Of a stretch of 64,000 nucleotides of DNA, positions 19,601 through 29,257 are shown piece by piece; position 1 is the first letter of the stretch; each line of letters starts with the position of its first letter. The stretch covers positions 3,382 through 67,381 of the forward strand of contig JBFHFF010000007.1 of NCBI GenBank assembly GCA_041583775.1, in the 5' to 3' direction. Below the pieces are notes generated by a model. It had not been told where the DNA came from, searched no databases, and saw nothing but the letters and a program-made list of their open reading frames with translations. The translations under genes were made by a program, and so were the position numbers. This DNA is from Candidatus Moraniibacteriota bacterium (GTDB lineage Bacteria > Patescibacteriota > Minisyncoccia > Moranbacterales > DUUL01).

Positions 19601-20294
19601 TGAAAACAAGAAACAAAAGATTATTACATTGAGAAAAGCACAAACAGGAAAGGTTAAAAAGATTGAGGATAAGGACTATTCAATTCCAGCCGTAATGAAT
19701 GCTAAAGTTGCAAAAGGAGATTTAGTTACCAAGGGACAAGTACTTTCTGAAGGGCATTTGGATTTGAAAAAGTTGTTTAAGATTGGTGGTGACGAGGCTT
19801 TGCATAGATATATTATCTGTGAGGTTCAAGAGATTTATCAAACTCAAGGTGAGGGAATTAATGATAAACACATTGAAATTGTTATCAGACAAATGTTGTC
19901 TAGAGTTAAGGTTTCTGATCCTGGAGATACAGAATTACTTGCCGGAGATATCGTTGAGAAAGCAAAATTTGTGGAAATGAACAATGAAATGAAGGCAAAT
20001 GGAAAGACAGAAGCGATAGGAGAGCAATTGGTTTTGGGAATTTCTAAGATTGCACTTTCGACAGATAGTTTCCTTTCAGCTGCATCATTCCAAGAAACAG
20101 CAAAAGTTTTAATTGATGCTTCAACTCAAGGGAAGATTGATTATTTGCGAGGATTGAAAGAAAATGTGATTCTTGGAAAACTTATTCCTGCGGGAACTGG
20201 TTTTGCGAAAAGAAGAGCTGAGATGATTGCACTTGAAAACATAGAATCAACAGGAGATGATTTATCAAGATTTTTGCCAGTAGACAATGAGTAG
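16647..20294 (+). CDS. rpoC: DNA-directed RNA polymerase subunit beta-prime (no large lineage insertion)
   Basis: Zn finger [34 protein letters not shown] catalytic motif. Confidence 0.97.
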   Translation: [1215 protein letters not shown]

Positions 20295-20323
20295 AAATTG
20301 TAAATAATCACAGTTGTACTAAA

Positions 20324-20357
20324 TAAAAAAACGACCTTTAAAGGTCGTTTTTTTATT
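20324..20357. terminator. bidirectional rho-independent terminator between rpoC (+) and the GNAT gene (-)
   Basis: AAAAAAACGACCT-ttaa-AGGTCGTTTTTTT. Confidence 0.7.
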
Positions 20358-20373
20358 TATTTGAGCTAGATTT

Positions 20374-20706
20374 TTATAACAAATTAAATCTAAACTCTTT
20401 TCCATAATCAATGAAGCCGATTTTTTTGTATAATCTGTGAACACTTAAGCGAGAATTTCTACTGGTGGCTATTAACTTGTAACATCCTAATTCTTTGGCT
20501 TTTTTTATTGCATGTTTTGTTATTTTTGTTCCAAGCCCCCTTCCTCTAGCAACTTCACTTACAAAAACATCTTCTAGAAAAGCAAATGGCTCGGTGTGCA
20601 AATTATTGTGCATTATATATAAAAAAGCTCTGGCGATTTCCTTGTCATTTTCTTTGATGGAAAATCTAAGTCCAGAAAGTTGTTTATTTTCTTCTGAAAT
20701 TTTCAT
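20374..20706 (-). CDS. GNAT family N-acetyltransferase
   Basis: VSEVARGRGLGTKITKHAIKKAKELG (acetyl-CoA binding motif A). Confidence 0.8.
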   Translation of the reverse strand: MKISEENKQLSGLRFSIKENDKEIARAFLYIMHNNLHTEPFAFLEDVFVSEVARGRGLGTKITKHAIKKAKELGCYKLIATSRNSRLSVHRLYKKIGFIDYGKEFRFNLL

Positions 20707-20711
20707 TGAAA

Positions 20712-21770
20712 TTATTTGTTAAATTCTTTTAAGTCATCTTTAAATTCAGTTTGATAGATGTGTAGAATGGCTATAAACATAGCAATAATGACTGGGCCAA
20801 CCAAGAATCCAATTAGTCCAAAAAGTGCCAATCCTCCAAATGTAGAAATGAAAATTAAAAGAGGGTGAAGTCCTGAGTCATTTCCAACTAGTTTTGGTCT
20901 CAATATATTATCTATTAGACTAATAACAACTGTTCCGACAATAGTGAGCACGATTGCTTGCCATAATTGACCAAGTAACAACAGAATTATTGCAACTGGC
21001 GCCCATACAAAAACAGGCCCAAGTATTGGAATAAGAGAAAAGAATGTTGCGACAACGCCAAGAAGTGCTGCTGATTGAACATCTAGTAGCCATAGCGTAA
21101 GACCGGTCAAGGTTCCTTGAATCAAAGCCACAACTAAAGTGCCTTTCAATGTGGCTCTTGATATTTCTACGAATTTTTCAATTAAGATTTTTTCTTGCTT
21201 GTTTCTCAATGGACTGATTTTCATTATTTCCTTGATAATTCTATCGCCATCTTTGAATAAGTAATATAGAGCAAAAAACATCACAAAAGTAAGAAAAGCT
21301 AGCTGACTGGTGCTTCGATAGGCGCTTTTGATAAATGTTGCAAAGAGATTACCAGCATCCTTAACGCTATTTATGAATTTATCTGTACCTATGATACTAT
21401 GTAAGTCAGAATTGCTAATATAGATGTTTAATCCTGGAATTGTTAGTTCACTTCCGTTTACTTTTTCAATGAAATGATTTTTTTGAATAATTTCATAAAG
21501 ACCATTTGCTTCAGAAACAAGCAGGCTTGATATAGAAATTAAAGGTATAATAATAATAAAAAGAATCATTCCACAGGCAAGGAAAGAACCCACACTTTTT
21601 CTTCCTCTGAAGAATTTAGTGAATCTTAGATAGTAGTTTTTGAATAACTGTGAAAGAACAAAAGCAACTAAAAGTGCCAATAAAAAGGGTTTAAAAACTA
21701 GATATGCGCCATATCCAGAAGCTGCTATTAATAAAAATAAGAATGTCGCATTTATGTGGCTTCTTGTCAT
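20712..21770 (-). CDS. AI-2E family transporter (PerM/UPF0118-like permease)
   Basis: 8-TM protein with the typical C-terminal GLFGLIGFLVGPVIIAMF segment. Confidence 0.75.
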   Translation of the reverse strand: MTRSHINATFLFLLIAASGYGAYLVFKPFLLALLVAFVLSQLFKNYYLRFTKFFRGRKSVGSFLACGMILFIIIIPLISISSLLVSEANGLYEIIQKNHFIEKVNGSELTIPGLNIYISNSDLHSIIGTDKFINSVKDAGNLFATFIKSAYRSTSQLAFLTFVMFFALYYLFKDGDRIIKEIMKISPLRNKQEKILIEKFVEISRATLKGTLVVALIQGTLTGLTLWLLDVQSAALLGVVATFFSLIPILGPVFVWAPVAIILLLLGQLWQAIVLTIVGTVVISLIDNILRPKLVGNDSGLHPLLIFISTFGGLALFGLIGFLVGPVIIAMFIAILHIYQTEFKDDLKEFNK

Positions 21771-21912
21771 TTGTTTTGTTATATTTTTTAGATTTATAGT
21801 TATTAATTTTTTCGGTATCTTTATTATAAAGGAAATATGTTTTTGAACAACCCATAATTATAAAAAATATTAAGCAAAGTTTATTTGAATTGTTTTAAGA
21901 AATGTTTGTTTT

Positions 21913-22770
21913 TTAATTTTGCCAAAAATCTTGCATTGCCTTAATTATGATTGGCTTTTTCGAAAAAAATTTATGATATGATAACCTTAGGATAAATACT
22001 GACCAGAAATAGGGGAGTGCTATTTTGGGATAGTGCTTTTTAAAGAAGTAAAGAGCATTTCTTGTCAAAAAGTAATCTTTTGTTTCAGATGATGTGGAAT
22101 GTGATTCTTGATGGAAGCAAATCGCTGAACTTTCCGTGTCAATTTCAAAGCCAGCGTCCAAGGCTCTTCTTGAAAAATCGGCATCCTCATAGTACAGGAA
22201 GAAATTTGGGTCAAATCCTCCTATCTTCTCTATAAGCGAATTTTTTATAAGTAGGGCACAACCAGTAACATATTGCTCTTGAAATGTTTTTGGGGGATCG
22301 TGGAGGCTCTTGAAGCAGAGGAAATCTATACTACCTTTTTCAAAGATAATCTTCTTTGTTGACGGGTCGATTATTTTGCAAGACAAAAGTCCTATTTTTT
22401 TTCTTTTTTTTGCAGTTTCTATTAAATTTTCTAGTACATCCTTTTCGATAATAGTATCTGGATTTAATAAAAAAAAGAAACCAGAAGCATATTTTTCTTC
22501 CTCTATTATGGTGTTAATTGTTTTTCCAAAACCCTCATTGAAGTCATTTAGAATTATATTAGAAACTCGTGAGTCTTTGATAAATCTTTTTAAAATTTTA
22601 GGAGTTTTGTCTTGAGAGTTATTGTCTATAACAATAATTTTTTTCTTAAAACCGCTAAGTTTGTTTTTGAAAACAGAAAAAAGACAATTTTCAATAGTCG
22701 TTTCGTTGTTGTAGGTTATTATAATGATAGTAATAACCCTGGCATTGTTTTTATTGAGAATTTTTTTCAT
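21913..22770 (-). CDS. family 2 glycosyltransferase
   Basis: ITIIIITYNNETTIENCL...IIVIDNNSQDKT (GT2 DxD region). Confidence 0.8.
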   Translation of the reverse strand: MKKILNKNNARVITIIIITYNNETTIENCLFSVFKNKLSGFKKKIIVIDNNSQDKTPKILKRFIKDSRVSNIILNDFNEGFGKTINTIIEEEKYASGFFFLLNPDTIIEKDVLENLIETAKKRKKIGLLSCKIIDPSTKKIIFEKGSIDFLCFKSLHDPPKTFQEQYVTGCALLIKNSLIEKIGGFDPNFFLYYEDADFSRRALDAGFEIDTESSAICFHQESHSTSSETKDYFLTRNALYFFKKHYPKIALPYFWSVFILRLSYHKFFSKKPIIIKAMQDFWQN

Positions 22771-24190
22771 TTCTATCCTTCTTTAACAATAACATAATTT
22801 CTTCTTTAGAGATTGCTTTTAGAAGCACAGTTGCTGTGAAATAAACAAGTGGGCTTAGAATAACAACAACAAGAAACGGAAGATATATTTTTGATATTAA
22901 TAGGAAAATGAAAAGAATAAATCCAGAAAGAAAAATCGAGAAAACTCTTTCAAATTTCGGAAAGAAATTGAGATTTTTATAAATCAAGAACCCTCCTATC
23001 ATAATAACCAAGAGTTCTGTGAAAACCGAAGTATATGCTGTTGCGAAGTAAGAATATTTTGGGATAAACAAGAGGTTGGAGGAAACATTAAAAATTGCAA
23101 CAAATAGCAATCCCCAAAGTAGCTCTTTTTGTAATTTTGCTGCTATTAAAATACTATTAAAAAGTTGACCAAAGAAAATAAAAACGAGCGATAGAATAAC
23201 GATCCGAAGAATATCAGCTGAGATGATAAACTCTGGTCCTGCAATTAGAGTGATAATCTCTTCTGCCAAAACTTGCGTTCCAATAAAAATTGGGATTGAA
23301 AGTATGAGAAAGATTTTGAAATTTTTATTTACAATAATTTCAAATTTTTTGCGATTAGAGAAAATATTATAAGAGATGATAGGCATTGTGAGGCCAACAA
23401 TCATCCCTGGAAAAAAGCTAAGATTTTCAATTACCTTGTAGGCAGCACCATATACACCAACATCAGCAGCTGGTTTTAACCAGGAGAGGATAATTGAATC
23501 AGCCTTGAAATATATAAAAGATACAAAAACAGAAAGTCCTATCGGAAAGGATTGGTAAAGGAATTTTTTCCAATAATTAATGTCAAAAGAAGGTTTGAAT
23601 TTTATGAATTTTTTTGCAAACCAAAAAGTGACAAGGAAGTTGAAAATCATTGTTATCAAAAGTGTCCCAACGATAAAGTTGAATCCCAAATCTAATTTAA
23701 CTCCAAGTAATGTAAGTGCTAATTGAAGTCCTTTACCAAACATATCCACAAGTGCGACTCGGTCCATCATTAGTCTTTTCTGGAAAAGCCCGATTAGCAT
23801 TTGAGTAAATGATGAAAAGAAAAATGAAAAAAGAACAATACACAAAGAAAACTTCAATTCATTTGAATATGAAGAAAGATAAATAAAAAGAGGAGCAATC
23901 GCAATTACTATTAAGGAGATTGCAATTCTAAGTCCAACAGCGTTGTTAACTATTTTTTCTTCATCCGCATTTGGACGGGAAATTTCTCGCATAGTTGTTT
24001 GGTAGATTCCAAAATCTCCAAATGCAGTAAAGAATAAAAAAAATGCCAAAGCAACAATGTAATTGCCAAACATTTCTTGACCTAGATATCTCGTGATAAC
24101 CCCAATATTAACGAGGGCAATAACTGTTGTAATTACCTTAGATATTGAAGATGCCGTAACATTATAGATTATTTTTCGAGAAACGGACAT
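22751..24190 (-). CDS. polysaccharide biosynthesis flippase (Wzx/MOP superfamily)
   Basis: 479 aa, about 12 TM; N-terminal SISKVITTVIALVNIGVITRYLG pattern of Wzx proteins; 20-nt overlap with the GT2 gene. Confidence 0.75.
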   Translation of the reverse strand: MSVSRKIIYNVTASSISKVITTVIALVNIGVITRYLGQEMFGNYIVALAFFLFFTAFGDFGIYQTTMREISRPNADEEKIVNNAVGLRIAISLIVIAIAPLFIYLSSYSNELKFSLCIVLFSFFFSSFTQMLIGLFQKRLMMDRVALVDMFGKGLQLALTLLGVKLDLGFNFIVGTLLITMIFNFLVTFWFAKKFIKFKPSFDINYWKKFLYQSFPIGLSVFVSFIYFKADSIILSWLKPAADVGVYGAAYKVIENLSFFPGMIVGLTMPIISYNIFSNRKKFEIIVNKNFKIFLILSIPIFIGTQVLAEEIITLIAGPEFIISADILRIVILSLVFIFFGQLFNSILIAAKLQKELLWGLLFVAIFNVSSNLLFIPKYSYFATAYTSVFTELLVIMIGGFLIYKNLNFFPKFERVFSIFLSGFILFIFLLISKIYLPFLVVVILSPLVYFTATVLLKAISKEEIMLLLKKDRNEKNSQ

Positions 24191-24222
24191 TTTTGTTGTG
24201 TTTTTAATTTTCTTTTTTAAAA

Positions 24223-24732
24223 CTAGAGATCATAATCATCTCCAACTGAAGTTGGCTTGATAATGATTTTTCTATCCTCACCCTCACCAACGCTTTCAGT
24301 TAGAATTCCTTCCATTTTAGCAAGTTCAACATGAACTATTCTTCTTTCATATGCATTCATGGCACGGAGCATTGCAGATTTTTTCTCTTTGCGAACCTTC
24401 TCCCCAGTTTCAATTGCAAGTGTTATAAGCGTTTGTTTTTGATCTTCGCGATAATTATTGACATCAACGTTGAAGTTAATTTTTTCAGTTGTTTTTTTTC
24501 TAATAAGAACTCTTAAGATGTGTTGAAGTGCAGCAAGATTTACACCATATTTTCCAATTAAATATTTTGAATCGGCAAGTTGAAGTTCAACTGAGATAGG
24601 GGTTTCTTCAGAAATTTCCTCCTCTGAAGTTGAAGCGCTTGTTGCGATATAGATTGTTGCTTGAAAGCCCATTTTCTCCAAAAGTTCTTTTGTTGTTTCT
24701 TCAATCAGTTTCTTTTTCTCTTCGAGTTGCAT
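24223..24732 (-). CDS. khpB: Jag/KhpB/EloR RNA-binding protein (Jag_N, KH and R3H domains)
   Basis: YLIGKYGVNLAALQHILR (KH), ERRIVHVELAK...R3H-like C-terminus; located next to yidC. Confidence 0.8.
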   Translation of the reverse strand: MQLEEKKKLIEETTKELLEKMGFQATIYIATSASTSEEEISEETPISVELQLADSKYLIGKYGVNLAALQHILRVLIRKKTTEKINFNVDVNNYREDQKQTLITLAIETGEKVRKEKKSAMLRAMNAYERRIVHVELAKMEGILTESVGEGEDRKIIIKPTSVGDDYDL

Positions 24733-24766
24733 ATCAGTCTATAATTAATTTTTATAAATATTAAAA

Positions 24767-25567
24767 TTATTTTTTACCAGACTCCTGATTATTTTTTTCT
24801 TTTCCGTTTTCTTTCTTTAAAATATAGTATTGTTGAATAATCATAAATAGCGTTGAGATTGTCCAATACAGAATCAGACCTCCAGCAAATTTCACCCCAA
24901 TAACAAGTGTCATGATTGGTCCTAGATATACCATTTGAGTTTGTATCATTGTTGAGAAATCTGGCTCATCAGCGTCTTTTTTGTCAGAACCACCATTTTT
25001 CTTTTCTCGCTCAACCTTTTCTTTTTCGGTCTTAGCCATCATCATTTTTGATTGAATGAATTGCAATGCTGCTGCAACTATGGCAAGTGGAATACTTGGA
25101 TTATTGAGATTGAAAAAGCCAAATGCAATAGGATTTAATGTGCCAGGGTTCTTTATGAAATCATACAAAAGTCCGGATAATTTAGCAACTTGATCCGGAG
25201 AAGTGTTGAGTGATAGACTTAATACTTGGAAAAGAGCTATGATGAAAATCATTTGAATTATGATTGGAAGGCACCCACCAGCTGGGTTAACACCATGTTT
25301 TTTGTAGAGCTCCATTGATTTTTGACCAAGTAGAGCTTTATCCTCCTTGTATTTTTTTTGAAGTTTTTTAAGCTCAGGTTGAAGGTCTTGCATGGCCTTT
25401 TGTGACTCAATTGACTTTTTTGTCAAAGGCAACATCGCAAGCTTTGTTATTATTGTGAATAAAATAATAGCTATTCCAAAATCAGGGATGATAATATAAA
25501 GAATAACCAGTAAATTAAGAAGTGGTTGAAATACTAATAATGAAAAAGCTGTTTTAATAAGTCCCAT
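24767..25567 (-). CDS. yidC: membrane protein insertase YidC (short form)
   Basis: QKAMQDLQPELKKLQKKYK...KKHGVNPAGGCLPIIIQMIFIIALFQVL. Confidence 0.9.
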   Translation of the reverse strand: MGLIKTAFSLLVFQPLLNLLVILYIIIPDFGIAIILFTIITKLAMLPLTKKSIESQKAMQDLQPELKKLQKKYKEDKALLGQKSMELYKKHGVNPAGGCLPIIIQMIFIIALFQVLSLSLNTSPDQVAKLSGLLYDFIKNPGTLNPIAFGFFNLNNPSIPLAIVAAALQFIQSKMMMAKTEKEKVEREKKNGGSDKKDADEPDFSTMIQTQMVYLGPIMTLVIGVKFAGGLILYWTISTLFMIIQQYYILKKENGKEKNNQESGKK

Positions 25568-25579
25568 TTTTATTTTTTA

Positions 25580-25924
25580 TTATTTTAAGAGTTTGGCAAA
25601 TAAAAACGCTTTTTCTATACAGCGTTTAGTTTTTTCCAAATTAACACTTTCTGGTGCGATGTTTTTAATATTAACAACGATATCGAAACCAGGCTTCAAT
25701 TTTTCAAGAAATTGCTCAGTTGCAGCTCGCAACAGTCGCTTAGTTCGATTTCTTTTTACTGCACTTTTTGAATGTTTCAACCCAACACTAAATGCTATGC
25801 GAGATTGCTGTAGATTATTGGGGCAAAACTTTAAAAATAAAAAACCGTTCTGTGCCGATTTTCCGTCTAAAAAAACTTTTTTTATATCAGTTGAATTTTT
25901 TAGGCGATTCTTTAGGGGTAGCAT
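25580..25924 (-). CDS. rnpA: ribonuclease P protein component
   Basis: FSVGLKHSKSAVKRNRTKRLLRAATEQ (RnpA RNR motif). Confidence 0.8.
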   Translation of the reverse strand: MLPLKNRLKNSTDIKKVFLDGKSAQNGFLFLKFCPNNLQQSRIAFSVGLKHSKSAVKRNRTKRLLRAATEQFLEKLKPGFDIVVNIKNIAPESVNLEKTKRCIEKAFLFAKLLK

Positions 25925-25992
25925 TTCCGTTTTCGTTGTTTGATTTTATAGCAATTGAAAAAGCTAGTTATTAAACTATTTTTTCTTAAAAA

Positions 25993-26130
25993 CTACACAG
26001 ATAGCTTTTTTCTTCCTTTCTGTCTTCTATTTTTCAAAACATTTCGTCCAGTTTTTGTTGCTGACCTTTTTAAGAAGCCATGTCTTCTAGATCGCCTTCT
26101 ACTTTTTGGTTGATAAGTTCGCTTTGGCAT
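25993..26130 (-). CDS. rpmH: 50S ribosomal protein L34 (45 aa; start placed at the internal Met of the track ORF)
   Basis: [45 protein letters not shown]. Confidence 0.85.
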   Translation of the reverse strand: MPKRTYQPKSRRRSRRHGFLKRSATKTGRNVLKNRRQKGRKKLSV

Positions 26131-26331
26131 ATTATCGTAATATTTAATCAAATTAACTAAGTAATATTGTAGCATCTAAAGGCACAAAGTCAATGGTGCT
26201 TGTAGTTGGCCCAAAAAAGTTTTAACTCAACTAATGTTGCAATTTTTCCAAGAGAGAATTATGTTGTATAATACAGAGGTGTATTGTGGGTAGGAAAATT
26301 AAATAAGCAGAAATAATTAATTTAGAAAAAT

Positions 26332-26448
26332 ATGCTTAAAAGTACAAAAAAGAAAATTAGAATTCTTTGGATTTTTATTTCAATAATAGCTGCTTTGGGT
26401 ATGGTGGCTTTTACGGTAGCGCCATTTTTAGAGACGCTGGGTAGATAA
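26332..26448 (+). CDS. 38-aa hydrophobic small ORF (single TM), hypothetical
   Basis: MLKSTKKKIRILWIFISIIAALGMVAFTVAPFLETLGR; preceded by a TGTATAAT-like extended -10 near 26264-26272. Confidence 0.25.
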   Translation: MLKSTKKKIRILWIFISIIAALGMVAFTVAPFLETLGR

Positions 26449-26477
26449 AGTTTAATCTTTTTGGAAGATCTTATTTA

Positions 26478-26915
26478 ATGAGAAAGTCGAAAATAATAAA
26501 AACGCAAGGAGAGCATAAATGTAAAGCAAATAATGGAAGAAGGGCGTTTCTTTTCTTTACTTTTTTTGTCTTGTTAGGCTTTATAAGTTTTATAGTTTTT
26601 AGAATGTCTCATCAGGCAGAAAAACAAAACGGTATTAATGATGAAATTGCAAAACTTCAAATTCAGGCGAATAAGTTGGAGGGTGAAAACCAGGATCTAA
26701 AAGAGATGATTGATTATTTAAAGACGGATGATTTTAGAGAAAAAGAAGCCAAAGACAAATTAAATTTGATTAAGGAAGGGGAGCAGATGATTTTAGTTAA
26801 AGAGGATAGTTTGAATAGCGAGATAATTTCAGAAAAAAAGACAAAAGAGACGGAACTAATTGTTCATAGGGGAAATTATTATTATTGGTGGCATTACTTT
26901 TTTAGCATTAAATAA
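26478..26915 (+). CDS. ftsB: septum formation initiator FtsB/DivIC-like protein
   Basis: N-terminal TM, coiled coil, DDFREKEAKDKLNLIKEGEQMILV matches the FtsB/DivIC C-terminal motif. Confidence 0.65.
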   Translation: MRKSKIIKTQGEHKCKANNGRRAFLFFTFFVLLGFISFIVFRMSHQAEKQNGINDEIAKLQIQANKLEGENQDLKEMIDYLKTDDFREKEAKDKLNLIKEGEQMILVKEDSLNSEIISEKKTKETELIVHRGNYYYWWHYFFSIK

Positions 26916-27073
26916 AAGTGAGAATGTTGTGATTAAATTTTGAAAAACTTAGATTTATAAAGAATCAGAAAGCTTCTTATGATATAGTATTGCTTGAAAA
27001 ATCAAATGCTTTTTTGGAACAAAGATATGACGAGGAGGATTGTGTCTAATTTAATTATTTTTAGAAAATCAAA

Positions 27074-28321
27074 ATGCTTAATTATAAAAATTTAGAGAGT
27101 CAAGATTTAGAGGTTATGAAAATAATAAGAGCAGAAGAGACTAGGCAAAAGGAGGAATTGGAATTTATTGCTTCGGAAAATTATGTGTCAAAGGCTGTTT
27201 TGGAGGCAATGGGAACTGTTTTGACAAATAAATATTCAGAGGGATATCCTGGGCATCGCTATTACGGTGGAAATGGGATTATCGATGATATCGAAAATAT
27301 AGCAATAAAAAGAGTTAAGGAAATATTTCAAGCAGAACATGTCAATGTGCAGCCACTTTCTGGTTCACCAGCAAATGCTGCTGTATATTTTGCATTTTTA
27401 AAGCCCGGAGATAAAGTTATGGGGCTAAAACTTGATCACGGAGGTCATCTTTCACATGGTCACCCAGTTAATTTTTCTGGAATGCTCTATGATTTTGTTC
27501 AGTATGAGGTGGATGAAAAAACTGGAAAGATTGATATGGAAAAAGTAAGAAAGATTGCTTTAAAGGAGCGACCAAAAATGATTGTAGCTGGTTACAGTGC
27601 TTATTCTAGAGAAATAGAATGGGAAAAGTTCAAAGAAATAGCTGATGAGATTGGCGCTTATACATTCGCTGATATAGCTCATACGGCAGGATTAATCGCT
27701 GCTGGACAATTGAATAATCCTGTTCCATTTTTTGATGTTGTTTCGACAACGACCCATAAAACTTTAAGGGGGCCACGAGGTGCAATTATAATGTGTAAAG
27801 AAAAATTCGCAAAACAGATCGACAGAGCTGTTTTTCCGGGTATGCAAGGAGGCCCTCATGATCATATAACAGCAGCAAAAGCAGTTGCTTTTGGTGAAGC
27901 TTTGAGACCAGAATTTAAGGAATATGCAAAAAAAGTAATTGAGAATGCAAAACTAATGGCAACTGTTTTTATGGATAAAGGTTATCGAGTTATTTCCAAT
28001 GGAACAGACAATCATCTTTTTGTTGTTGATATGACAAGTAAGGGGGTCAGTGGGAAAGATGTAGAAAAAGTTTTAGAAAAAGTGGGAATTTCTGTTAGTC
28101 GGTCAACAATTCCAAATGATCCAAATCCACCAATGAATCCTTCTGGTGTGAGATTTGGAACGCCAGCTGCAACCTCAAGGGGAATGGGCGTTGTTCAAAT
28201 TGAAAGAATTGTTGAAATTGTTGATTTGGCTATTTTGAATAGGGAAAATGATGAAAAATTGGGAGAAATTAGAGAGGAGATAAGAGGAATGTGTGCAGAG
28301 TTTCCGATTCCTAGTTTGTAA
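27074..28321 (+). CDS. glyA: serine hydroxymethyltransferase
   Basis: ASENYVSKAVLEAMGTVLTNKYSEGYPGHRYYGG...TTHKTLRGPRGA. Confidence 0.95.
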   Translation: MLNYKNLESQDLEVMKIIRAEETRQKEELEFIASENYVSKAVLEAMGTVLTNKYSEGYPGHRYYGGNGIIDDIENIAIKRVKEIFQAEHVNVQPLSGSPANAAVYFAFLKPGDKVMGLKLDHGGHLSHGHPVNFSGMLYDFVQYEVDEKTGKIDMEKVRKIALKERPKMIVAGYSAYSREIEWEKFKEIADEIGAYTFADIAHTAGLIAAGQLNNPVPFFDVVSTTTHKTLRGPRGAIIMCKEKFAKQIDRAVFPGMQGGPHDHITAAKAVAFGEALRPEFKEYAKKVIENAKLMATVFMDKGYRVISNGTDNHLFVVDMTSKGVSGKDVEKVLEKVGISVSRSTIPNDPNPPMNPSGVRFGTPAATSRGMGVVQIERIVEIVDLAILNRENDEKLGEIREEIRGMCAEFPIPSL

Positions 28322-28379
28322 AGTGTGAAGTACGGTTGGTGTAGAGAAATTTAATAAGATCTAAATTAAAAGGAATCTG

Positions 28380-29219
28380 ATGGAAATTTTAGATGGAAAG
28401 GTTGTTGCTAATGTAATCAATGAAAATATTAAAAAGAAAGTTTCTTTGTTGGAGAGAAGGCCTGTTTTGGCAATTATTTTAGTGGGAGATAACCCTGCTA
28501 GTAATATTTATGTTAAAAAAAAGAGAGAAGCTTGCAATGAGGTTGGAATTAAATCAATTCAAATTAGTCTAAATAGTGATATTTCAGAAGAGGAGTTGTT
28601 GGTAGAAGTTGATAAATTGAATCAAGATTTAAACATTGATGCTATTATGGTGCAAATGCCCTTACCGAAGCATATTTCAGAAAAAGTTGTTTTAGATGCA
28701 GTTGCTGCGAAAAAAGATGTAGAATGTCTGAATAGTTCTAATTTTGGAAAGTTTAGTGAATATGGAGAGGATAGTGTGGCAGTGTCTCCCGTTACTGCAA
28801 TGGCTGTGATGAAAATATTGGAAGTATATGATATTGAAATCGAAGGTAAGAATGCGGTTGTGGTAGGAAATTCAAATATTGTGGGAAAGCCAATTGCAAT
28901 GCTTTTAACCGACAATGGGGCGACTGTAACTGTTTGTCATAATAAAACCAAAGATATTGCAATTCATACTCGATGGGCTGATATATTAGTTGTTGCTGTT
29001 GGAAAAAAACATCTTATTGGTAAAGGAATGTTTAAAAAAAATGCAACAGTTATTGATGTGGGGATTAATCGAGAAGGTAAGAAGATATTTGGTGATGTTG
29101 ATTTTGAAGCAGCCAAGGAAGTGGTTGGTGCGATTACTCCAGTTCCAGGAGGAGTTGGACCAGTTACTGTGGCAATGTTAATGAAAAATACATTTGAATT
29201 ATTTTCTAAAAACCTCTAA
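28380..29219 (+). CDS. folD: bifunctional methylene-THF dehydrogenase/methenyl-THF cyclohydrolase
   Basis: ILDGKVVA...PVLAIILVGDNPASNIYVKKK...GGVGPVTVAMLM. Confidence 0.9.
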   Translation: MEILDGKVVANVINENIKKKVSLLERRPVLAIILVGDNPASNIYVKKKREACNEVGIKSIQISLNSDISEEELLVEVDKLNQDLNIDAIMVQMPLPKHISEKVVLDAVAAKKDVECLNSSNFGKFSEYGEDSVAVSPVTAMAVMKILEVYDIEIEGKNAVVVGNSNIVGKPIAMLLTDNGATVTVCHNKTKDIAIHTRWADILVVAVGKKHLIGKGMFKKNATVIDVGINREGKKIFGDVDFEAAKEVVGAITPVPGGVGPVTVAMLMKNTFELFSKNL

Positions 29220-29257
29220 GATAGGAAGGCAAATTCAAAATAGCTAAAAATATATAA

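Noticed and set aside
13595-19980. Short ORFs inside rpoB and rpoC on both strands
   Set aside because: Embedded in highly conserved polymerase genes, with no start or RBS context. Frame artefacts.
26131-26477. Possible oriC/DnaA-box cluster next to rpmH
   Set aside because: Read through by eye for TTATCCACA and its one-mismatch relatives on both strands. None were seen convincingly, and dnaA itself is not adjacent.
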